A stretch of DNA of 14,561 nucleotides from Promethearchaeia archaeon (GTDB lineage Archaea > Asgardarchaeota > Lokiarchaeia > Sigyniarchaeales > SOKP01). The stretch covers positions 1-14,561 of the forward strand of contig JAWOFX010000128.1 in NCBI GenBank assembly GCA_046497275.1, written 5' to 3'. Made by a program: the position numbers and the translations under genes. Shown piece by piece: positions 1-7,220 of this stretch (the first letter of the stretch is position 1; every line of letters starts with the position of its first letter). The notes below the pieces were generated by a model, which had not been told where the DNA came from, made no database searches, and saw nothing but the letters and a program-made list of their open reading frames with translations.

Positions 1-290
1 ATTTCTTTCAATCGTTTTTCAAACATTCTATTTTTAAAATTTGGAATATCCCTCAAGAATGGGGTTTTTGGAATGGAATTGATATGTTTTAAACCAGCAA
101 ATTGCTCCTTTTGAGGAATTCTATGTTTTAATGTATTTTGTTTTTTTACATTTGTTTCATATCGAAGTGTTTGAGGTCTTAATTTGTTCTCTCTTGGATC
201 TTTACTTACTAGAAACTTACGCGGAAGTGTGTTAATTGTCATCCGGCAAATAGGACAATTCACCTCGTCTAAACCATGAATGCAACCCAT
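1..290 (-). CDS. Hypothetical protein with N-terminal Zn-binding-like motif; partial, runs off the left edge, absent from the ORF track
   Basis: Hand translation from ATG at 290: MGCIHGLDEVNCPICRMTINTLPRKFLVSKDPRENKLRPQ...FKNRMFEKRLKE. 96 codons with no stop before position 1. C-x-H-x6-C-x2-C motif; divergent from the 598 gene across an AT-rich intergenic region. Confidence 0.7.
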   Translation of the reverse strand, partial: MGCIHGLDEVNCPICRMTINTLPRKFLVSKDPRENKLRPQTLRYETNVKKQNTLKHRIPQKEQFAGLKHINSIPKTPFLRDIPNFKNRMFEKRLKE

Positions 291-374
291 TTTTAATCAA
301 TTTGAAAGAATTATTTCCTATATTGAATTACTAAAATTAAACCTATTTTAAAACATTTTTTATTATAAAATATG

Positions 375-397
375 AACCTTTTTCTTAAAGAAAGGTT
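375..397. promoter_or_regulatory. Inverted repeat AACCTTT-N9-AAAGGTT in a divergent promoter region
   Basis: Perfect 7-bp arms at 375-381 and 391-397; function not demonstrable from sequence. Confidence 0.25.
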
Positions 398-597
398 TTA
401 GTTTTCCAAAATTCTTAAAAAATTAGTGCAGTTATAGATAGTGAGTAAAAGACATCAAAATTAAAATTTATTCTACGTGTATCAATAATTTTAATTTTAA
501 TGCTCTTTTAATTAAAAATATATTGTTTAAACTATAATGAATTAAATCATAGTATTATTTATTTTGAATAAAAAAAGTAAAAATTAAAAAAGCAAAA

Positions 598-1737
598 ATG
601 ACAAAAGGATTGATTCTATCAGGAGGATGGGGAACACGGTTGCGACCCTTAACATGTACCATTCCAAAAACCCTTATGCCTGTTGGGAATAAACCTGTTA
701 TAGAACGACAAATAGATCTTTTAAAAAATGCTGGAGTCACAGAATTGGTTCTTGCTGTAAGTGTAATGTCAGAATATTTAACAAATTATTTTGGCGATGG
801 ACAAAATTTAGGCGTAAAAATTCATTATACAAATGAAAAAAGCCCTATGGGAACAGCAGGAGCACTTAAATTGGCAGAATCTTTTTTAAAAGACGATAAT
901 TTTTTCATGTTAAATGGAGATGTTATACTTAATTTCAGTTTTAAGGAGATGCTTAAGACACATAGCAAATTCAATGGAATAGGGACAATAGCAAGCCGAT
1001 TAGTTGAGGATCCATCTAGATACGGAGTATTAATCATTGAGAAAGAGACTCAGAAAATTTTAAATTTTTTAGAAAAGGATGAATTTCAAAACTCAGAATA
1101 TGCAAATAATCAAAAAATGCCCGTAAATGCAGGGGTTTACATCTTGGAACCGCAAATATTTGATTATATTAAACCAAAAAAGAAACTTTCAATTGAACGA
1201 GATATTTTTCCAAAACTCGCTTCTAAAAAAAGCTTATATCATCATCCGATATCTGGGATTTGGAAAGATATTGGTAAACCCTATGAATTATTAGATGGTA
1301 ACATCCTTTTACTGAGGGACATACTCGATAAAATGAATACTAATGCTCAAAATCTCATAGATAAAGGTTCGGATGTTCATGAAACTGTTAAAATTATACC
1401 TCCTGTAATGATTGGAGAGAATACTGTTATAAGACAAAATTGTACCATTGGTCCAAATGCTATTATAGGGAACAACGTATATATAGAAAAATCATGTAAT
1501 ATTAGTCAATCCTTGATATATAATGAAGTCTATATTTCGAAAAGAACTTCAATAAGAAATGCGATAATTTCTGATAATTGTTTGATAAAAGAGAATAATA
1601 TATTAGAAGGAAATGGTGAAAATTTAGTTATTCTTGCCAGTTATGTAAATATTGATGAGAATCTTAAACTAAAAGCATCAAATGACTGTTCAATCAGTAT
1701 TTGCCACCATGAAATTGTAAAAGATGATATAATCTAA
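598..1737 (+). CDS. Sugar-phosphate nucleotidyltransferase, mannose-1-phosphate guanylyltransferase-like (NTP_transferase domain plus left-handed beta-helix)
   Basis: GLILSGGWGTRLRPLT...PK signature, PMGTAG, LNGDV, SRYGV, NAGVY and WKDIG motifs, then hexapeptide repeats (IGENTVIRQNCTIGPNAIIGNNVYI). Substrate is inferred. Confidence 0.88.
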   Translation: MTKGLILSGGWGTRLRPLTCTIPKTLMPVGNKPVIERQIDLLKNAGVTELVLAVSVMSEYLTNYFGDGQNLGVKIHYTNEKSPMGTAGALKLAESFLKDDNFFMLNGDVILNFSFKEMLKTHSKFNGIGTIASRLVEDPSRYGVLIIEKETQKILNFLEKDEFQNSEYANNQKMPVNAGVYILEPQIFDYIKPKKKLSIERDIFPKLASKKSLYHHPISGIWKDIGKPYELLDGNILLLRDILDKMNTNAQNLIDKGSDVHETVKIIPPVMIGENTVIRQNCTIGPNAIIGNNVYIEKSCNISQSLIYNEVYISKRTSIRNAIISDNCLIKENNILEGNGENLVILASYVNIDENLKLKASNDCSISICHHEIVKDDII

Positions 1738-1738
1738 A

Positions 1739-2347
1739 TTATTCAATCAAACCCATCTTTTCTAAAATCAATTCTAAATATGATTTTCTAATTGATTCAT
1801 CTTTTGATATTTGAAATTTTTTAAGAAAATTAAAAAGAATTTCTCTAGTTTGAGCGATCTCTTCTTCCGTATCAGCTTTTAATTCGACTTCAATAAAATG
1901 ATTATTTAAAATCGGTAAAAAATCTAACAAAACTTCAATAGTATTTCCATGGAAATCAAACTCATATAACTCTCGTTTTTTCTCCACGGTTAATACTTCT
2001 CTAAATCCTAAAGCTTCTAAAATTTGCATAACTTTCTCGCCGTTTCCTATGTATGTTTCAATTTCTTTTCTTGTTTTCGTAGTATGATCTAATTTTGCCC
2101 CTTTGTAGGTGAGATAGAAATTGATTTGCTTTCTTTCCTCCTCTTTTTTATCATATTCTATGGATTTTCTAATTCTTAAGGCTTCATCCGAATTTCTAAA
2201 ATCCCTTAGACCTAAAGGCATATTATAATAGGTATCTTTATGAAGTAAGGATAGTTTATAATTTCCTCCATGTTTTTCAAATTCCTGATGAAAATTCTCT
2301 GGATCTGAGAGTTTAACTTTAATCTCAACTTCAATCAATTTACACAC
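1739..2347 (-). CDS. cyaB: CYTH-domain protein (class IV adenylate cyclase / triphosphate tunnel metalloenzyme family)
   Basis: EVEIK (ExExK), DTYYN, LRIR, LTYKG, KTRKEIE, VEKKRE, FIEVEL and terminal RKSYLEL motifs. Alternative TTG start at 2338 gives MIEVEIK. Activity could be triphosphatase rather than cyclase. Confidence 0.88.
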   Translation of the reverse strand: MCKLIEVEIKVKLSDPENFHQEFEKHGGNYKLSLLHKDTYYNMPLGLRDFRNSDEALRIRKSIEYDKKEEERKQINFYLTYKGAKLDHTTKTRKEIETYIGNGEKVMQILEALGFREVLTVEKKRELYEFDFHGNTIEVLLDFLPILNNHFIEVELKADTEEEIAQTREILFNFLKKFQISKDESIRKSYLELILEKMGLIE

Positions 2348-2494
2348 ACGATATTAAATATTTATTTTTTAAGTAATAATACATATCTTAAAAGGTTCTT
2401 TTTGAAATTTTAATATTATTAGAGTTGGTTTCCCATTTCCCAAAATAGCGATTTAATAAAAAATCTCTCAGAAAAATATGGATATTTACCTTAT

Positions 2495-3397
2495 ATGATT
2501 GAGAGATATTTAAAATTATTTGACAAATCAGAAACGATTAAATTTTTAGATTCTAATGAAACGTCCCCATCTACTTGGATTAGAGTAAATACTCTAAAAA
2601 TTAATCCTAACAATCTAAAATCACGACTTACGAAAAAAGGTTTTTCTCTAAAAAAGTCCGAATGGCTCCCTTATGCATTTAAAGTTCAAAAGGAACCTTT
2701 GAGTATTGGATCTACTCATGAATATTTACAAGGGTATTATTATATTCAAGACTTAGCTTCAATCTTACCTCCTTATTTCTTAAATCCAAAACCTACTGAT
2801 TTAGTTATTGATATGGCTGCCGCTCCTGGTGGAAAAGCAACTCATCTAGCACAAATTATGAAAAATAGAGGTTCTATGGTTTTAATTGATTGGAATAAAA
2901 AAAGAATTCCATCATTAGAAAGTAATATACGTAGAATGGGAGTTCACAATTCAATTATTTTATATATGGATTCTAAGAACCTTAAAAAACTATCTATTCG
3001 TCCAGATAAGATATTATTAGATGCACCTTGTACGGGAGAGGGATTAATTAGACAAGATCCAAAGAGAAAAAAAAGTAAACAATTAGAAGATCTCCTAAAA
3101 ATGTCTCAAATTCAGAAATCTCTCCTCCTTTCTGGATTGGATACTCTTAAAAGCAACGGACTCTTGCTTTATAGTACTTGTTCTATAGCACCTGAAGAAA
3201 ATGAAATAGTTGTTAACGAAGTGCTTAAAAAGAGAAAAAATATACGAATAATTAAAATGAAGAAAAATCTAGGAATATCTGGATTTAACAGTGTATATGG
3301 AAACGATTTAAATGAAGATTTGAAACACACTCAGAGATTTTATCCTCATACACATGATACTATCGGTTTTTTTATTTGTCTTTTCAAAAAAATTTAA
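2495..3397 (+). CDS. nop2: NOL1/NOP2/Sun family RNA cytosine-C5 methyltransferase, Nop2-like; true start probably upstream (about 2435-2456)
   Basis: RVNTLK, motif I DMAAAPGGK, motif IV DAPC, motif VI YSTCS (both catalytic Cys present), C-terminal RFYPHTHDTIGFF. Frame is open upstream to a TAG at 2420-2422. Confidence 0.93.
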   Translation: MIERYLKLFDKSETIKFLDSNETSPSTWIRVNTLKINPNNLKSRLTKKGFSLKKSEWLPYAFKVQKEPLSIGSTHEYLQGYYYIQDLASILPPYFLNPKPTDLVIDMAAAPGGKATHLAQIMKNRGSMVLIDWNKKRIPSLESNIRRMGVHNSIILYMDSKNLKKLSIRPDKILLDAPCTGEGLIRQDPKRKKSKQLEDLLKMSQIQKSLLLSGLDTLKSNGLLLYSTCSIAPEENEIVVNEVLKKRKNIRIIKMKKNLGISGFNSVYGNDLNEDLKHTQRFYPHTHDTIGFFICLFKKI

Positions 3398-3496
3398 GAA
3401 GTTTTTAGATTAACTACAAATAAAATTACCAAAAGTCTTATGAAAGTCTCTCAAGTTTTATTGATCTTTGCGTAGGCAATATCCCTTATCAATTAA

Positions 3497-3843
3497 ATTT
3501 TGAAACACAATCTTGTTTCCCTCAACGTTTTTCAATTCAATACTGAAATGTCAGTTAAAGACTCATCTAGACTTATTTATTCCGCATCCACTGAAAATCC
3601 CAGTTCTTCAGAAATTAATGAGGGAATGAAGCATCTATAAATGTGAATTTTATAATCAATACCGCTACTACTGAGGGAGATAGGGATGATGATGGTGACA
3701 GTGATGGTGATGATGGTGCTCCTCCGGGAATTCCTTTTGTAAATTATTACTTACTTTACTTCACATTAGCCCTAACGATTGGAGTAATATATATTACTCG
3801 GAAAAAATTAATCTCTAATACTCTTTTTTTTTTAATTTTATGA
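3497..3843 (+). pseudogene. Remnant of a surface-protein gene paralogous to 4204..6492 (internal deletion plus frameshift); contains track ORF 3643..3843
   Basis: 3536-3622 encodes FNTEMSVKDSSRLIYSASTENPSSSEINE, 15/29 identical to VNFNISVLKSSKLIYSGSVENPTSANLND (5542-5628). From 3622 another frame reads GNEASINVNFIINT...GIPFVNYYLL-TM-RKK, matching GNMDWESVTFTIDT...EIPFGNFYLI-TM-RRNK at the end of the intact gene. In-frame stops at 3473 and 3494 upstream. Confidence 0.8.
3685..3717 (+). repeat. Low-complexity GAT/GGT codon repeat encoding an Asp/Gly linker (DDDGDSDGDDG)
   Basis: gatgatgatggtgacagtgatggtgatgatggt read directly. Confidence 0.5.
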
Positions 3844-4045
3844 ATAGAAGATTAATTATCTTTTAAAATTTTTTTTTTGAAAAAATATGAATCTTATTCA
3901 TGGCAAAATGAAGTTTTTATTATCAATATTAACCTTCGATAAATAAATTTTATAAATATTTTAAGTAGATAGTTTTAATTTTAAATTGAAGAGATTTATT
4001 CTGCTTTTTCAATAATTTTATAGATAGATATTTTTGGTCAAAACA

Positions 4046-4189
4046 AATAATCTTAGCGAATGATTATTCAGATTCTTTCGAAATGTAGATTTTTAATATA
4101 TAAGCTTGAAGGAAATTATCGAATCTGATAATTCGCAATTTTTAAATATTTTTGAATCATAATTGTCATTTGATATCTGATAATTATCA
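4046..4189. promoter_or_regulatory. Cluster of GATAAT/GATTAT-based inverted and direct repeats upstream of the surface-protein gene (candidate operator)
   Basis: AATAATC-N9-GATTATT (4046-4068); AATTATC-N6-GATAATT (4114-4133); perfect palindrome TGATAATTATCA (4178-4189); 10/12 variant at 4157-4168; ATCTGATAATT direct repeat at 4123 and 4175. Confidence 0.4.
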
Positions 4190-4203
4190 AACATTTTGTT
4201 TAG

Positions 4204-6492
4204 GTGAATAATTTGTCAAAAAAAAAAATAATATTAATAAGAATATCAATAATTGCATCTATTCTATGTTTAAGCTTTTTAATGTTTCATAATATTGCCA
4301 ATGTTGCCGCCGATGATTTTGATCCAACACCAAAAACACCAAACGAAAACTTCTCTTGGAATTTCACTGAAGGAGATTTATTTGGTTATGAGCAAGAATT
4401 CTATATAAATAATTCACAATTTTTAGCTGAATTATTTACAGCGGTGGGGGGTTTGTTAGTAATCAATGTTTCGGAATTTGTTTATGATTCATTCGGAGGT
4501 AATGATTACTATTTCGTTCGAACGAATTTTGCAGCATATAATGCCTCTACTAAGAAGATGGTAAATATGCCCGATTCTACTCAAAATATGTCACTGATCA
4601 ATTTTACTAATAATGAAATGTACTTCAATTCATACCAAATAACGGCCCCTATGGTAATGCAAATCGATCCTTTGAGCTTTTTTATTCCTAAAAATGGAAC
4701 AGAATTGGCTCTTGAATGGTGTGCTTCAGCTCTAAATGAATCTACTTATAAGGAATTTTTTGGGAAAACTTCAATTAAAACTGATTCAGCAACAAATGAA
4801 ATCACGTACAGTAATAGCACTACAGACAGTTATATTTATTTAAAATATGATGACAATGGAGTATTAGAAATTGCTGAATTCTTTTATGAAAAGATGATTG
4901 TTAGTACGGGTCAAGAAGCTAATGCTACTATAAAATATATCCGAACATCAGATTATAATCCTATTAATGAAATTGAATGGGGAATTGATGTTGGGGATAA
5001 TTTTCTCTATAAAATAGGAGGGAGCATAATGAAATTTGAGATTGTGGATTTCATTAACTCTACATTCGAAACACCTTATATCATTACATCAACAGAAGTT
5101 AGAGCAGATGCTTGGGAATTAAATTCTAGTTTAGAATGGGATCTTCTCTATGAAAATGGTACCATTGGAGGCGGAAATGATTATTATCCGTTTCCTTATA
5201 CGTATTTTGAACAAGTATTAGTTTTACCTAATGATACCAAATCAAATAAAAACTTTGAAATGATGATAAACCAATTTCTGCTTTTTCCAGAAATAAAAAT
5301 AATTTCAGAAGGGAATTCTGTGAAAATAATTAACACATCTACAGGAGGATATTTTATGTCAAGTAACTCAACGGATGGAGTTATTACTTATATTCAATCT
5401 GAAGGTTTTACCAGTTTACCTCCTTTTTGGGGTACAAATCTTACTCTATTGGGTAGAAACGTTGATAGTTTCAATGCTGCTAATATAGATGGAGAAGGAG
5501 AATTTTATATGACTAATATTGGTAAGGATACTAAGTTTGATGTGAATTTTAACATTTCAGTTTTAAAATCATCTAAATTGATTTATTCTGGTTCGGTAGA
5601 GAATCCAACAAGCGCTAATTTGAATGATATTTTACTTTTCCTTGACTTAGAACTCAACGAGACCGAAAATCTAAATGAGATCAATATATCAATTGAATGT
5701 AATGGCGAAAATTTTGTCGATATTGATTTATGGTGGTATAATCAATCTGCGAATGATGGTTTTGGAGCATGGGAATCAGTTTCGTATATAAAAACAGCGG
5801 ATAATATAATATCATTTTCAGTAGATCATTTATCAGTATTCGCTTTAACAGGGAATTTAGACAGTACTCCTCCAATAATATCTATAGATAATCCATTAAG
5901 TACCACCTATGCTACAGATACAATAACAGTTAGTTTAAGCGGCGATGCAGAAAACTATTGGTATTATATCGAAGGAATAGATATTAATAACCAGACATGG
6001 ACAGATGACGAAATCCGTTATGGTTTTTCAGATGATACATATACACTTCATGCATACGGGAATGATAGTGCCGGCAATATCGGAGAAGCAAGTGTGATGT
6101 TTACTATTGATACCACGCCTCCAATGATATCTATAGATGAACCTGCTTTGGGAACTTATAATATAAATACGATAAATGTAAGTTTAAGCAGCGAATTCGG
6201 TGATGCAACTGATTATTGGTACTATATTGAAGATGTGGACAGTACTAATAGAACTTGGACAGAGACTGAAAGTCGTACCCTTCCAGATGGTAATTATACG
6301 TTATACGCATACTGTGAAGACAATGTAGGGAATATGGACTGGGAGAGTGTGACTTTTACTATAGATACTTCTCAAGGAAATGGTGGAACTCCTGAAATTC
6401 CGTTTGGCAATTTCTACTTGATTTTCTCTATGTTAGGAGTAGGCATTATATTAATCTTAATACGGAGAAATAAGTTTAAATACAAATTTTAA
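4204..6492 (+). CDS. Secreted, C-terminally anchored cell-surface glycoprotein with Ig-like repeats and a Loki-CTERM-like sorting tail
   Basis: Basic plus hydrophobic signal peptide; acidic Asn/Ser/Thr-rich body with about 27 N-x-S/T sequons (hand count); VDHLSVFAL domain end; two DxTPP...GN...VxFTI repeats; terminal PEIPFGNFYL-TM-RRNK. AGGTGA at 4202-4207 suggests TTG 4213 is the real start. Confidence 0.85.
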   Translation: MNNLSKKKIILIRISIIASILCLSFLMFHNIANVAADDFDPTPKTPNENFSWNFTEGDLFGYEQEFYINNSQFLAELFTAVGGLLVINVSEFVYDSFGGNDYYFVRTNFAAYNASTKKMVNMPDSTQNMSLINFTNNEMYFNSYQITAPMVMQIDPLSFFIPKNGTELALEWCASALNESTYKEFFGKTSIKTDSATNEITYSNSTTDSYIYLKYDDNGVLEIAEFFYEKMIVSTGQEANATIKYIRTSDYNPINEIEWGIDVGDNFLYKIGGSIMKFEIVDFINSTFETPYIITSTEVRADAWELNSSLEWDLLYENGTIGGGNDYYPFPYTYFEQVLVLPNDTKSNKNFEMMINQFLLFPEIKIISEGNSVKIINTSTGGYFMSSNSTDGVITYIQSEGFTSLPPFWGTNLTLLGRNVDSFNAANIDGEGEFYMTNIGKDTKFDVNFNISVLKSSKLIYSGSVENPTSANLNDILLFLDLELNETENLNEINISIECNGENFVDIDLWWYNQSANDGFGAWESVSYIKTADNIISFSVDHLSVFALTGNLDSTPPIISIDNPLSTTYATDTITVSLSGDAENYWYYIEGIDINNQTWTDDEIRYGFSDDTYTLHAYGNDSAGNIGEASVMFTIDTTPPMISIDEPALGTYNINTINVSLSSEFGDATDYWYYIEDVDSTNRTWTETESRTLPDGNYTLYAYCEDNVGNMDWESVTFTIDTSQGNGGTPEIPFGNFYLIFSMLGVGIILILIRRNKFKYKF
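5860..6363 (+). repeat. Two tandem Ig-like domain repeats (about 83-85 aa each) inside the surface protein
   Basis: Unit 1 at 5860-6108: DSTPPIISID...YWYYIE...NQTWT...YTLHAY...GN...VMFTI. Unit 2 at 6109-6363: DTTPPMISID...YWYYIE...NRTWT...YTLYAY...GN...VTFTI. Confidence 0.85.
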
Positions 6493-6495
6493 TCA

Positions 6496-6505
6496 TTTTT
6501 TTTTT
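6496..6505 (+). terminator. Archaeal oligo-T terminator of the surface-protein gene
   Basis: T10 run 3 nt after the stop at 6490-6492. Confidence 0.6.
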
Positions 6506-7097
6506 ATTGTTTTTTCCTTAGATAATATCCTTTATCGATTAAATTTGTAGCAATTAAATCGCTTTCATTCATTTTATTAAATGAATCTATATTTTTTGTT
6601 AATAATGAAATTGAGAGTAATTCATTAATCTCGCTAAATAAAAAGATAATTTTTCCTTTTTCGATTGAAATTTTAGAGAAGTTTTCTAAAGATGAAATCA
6701 TCATTTTATCAATGTGATTTCCATAGAGAATAGACTTTTCTACATCTTTTTTCACATATATCTTTTTATCTTCTGGAATTAGATGATTATTGTTTAAAAA
6801 TTCTGCTCCCTCAATGCTCAAATAAAACTGTCCATGTTTCATAAAACCGGTGTAAATTCCCAGAGCTACAATTTTCGATTTATTATTTAATTTTTTAAAT
6901 GTTTCAATTAAAGATTTTGAAACAAAGAAAATACCCGGAAACTTATAAGTAGTATCATCCTTAAAAATCACTACATAAAATTGGTTCTGATTTTCATTAA
7001 AGAAGGATTTAACTTTACCAGAAATTTCAGAAAACGTGTTTAATACTATTTTTTTTTCAATATTATTTATTTTTCGGATAAAAGTACCATTTGCCAT
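6504..7097 (-). CDS. nip7: Nip7-like large-subunit ribosome biogenesis protein (PUA domain)
   Basis: LGIYTG...FYLSIEG, then KIYVK...SILYGNH and terminal NLIDKGYYLR, matching the FLYGNH and DxGxYLR motifs of the NIP7 family as I recall them. Confidence 0.82.
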   Translation of the reverse strand: MANGTFIRKINNIEKKIVLNTFSEISGKVKSFFNENQNQFYVVIFKDDTTYKFPGIFFVSKSLIETFKKLNNKSKIVALGIYTGFMKHGQFYLSIEGAEFLNNNHLIPEDKKIYVKKDVEKSILYGNHIDKMMISSLENFSKISIEKGKIIFLFSEINELLSISLLTKNIDSFNKMNESDLIATNLIDKGYYLRKKQ

Positions 7098-7165
7098 AAT
7101 TCAATTAGTTAAATAAATAAATCCGTTTTATTATATATTAATCAAATAGAAAATTAATAATTACT

Positions 7166-7170
7166 GTGAT
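7166..7170 (+). promoter_or_regulatory. Candidate ribosome-binding site GTGAT, 5 nt before an in-frame ATT at 7176
   Basis: Matches the archaeal GGAGGTGAT-type SD; geometry similar to AGGTGA-N5-TTG (4202-4215) and AGGTGG-N5-TTG (12135-12148). Confidence 0.45.
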
Positions 7171-7220
7171 TCACTATTGGGATAAGAAAGATAGAAGATG
7201 AAATCGATTTAAAAGAAGCT

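Noticed and set aside
555-1037. Track ORFs 555..740 and 825..1037 (-)
   Set aside because: Antisense shadows of the nucleotidyltransferase; no motifs.
3643-3843. 66-aa ORF as an independent small membrane protein
   Set aside because: The GTG start lies inside a homologous beta-strand, there is no signal peptide, and the upstream frame carries more paralog sequence; better explained as a pseudogene tail.
5681-5875. 64-aa minus-strand ORF
   Set aside because: Antisense to the surface protein; no recognisable features.
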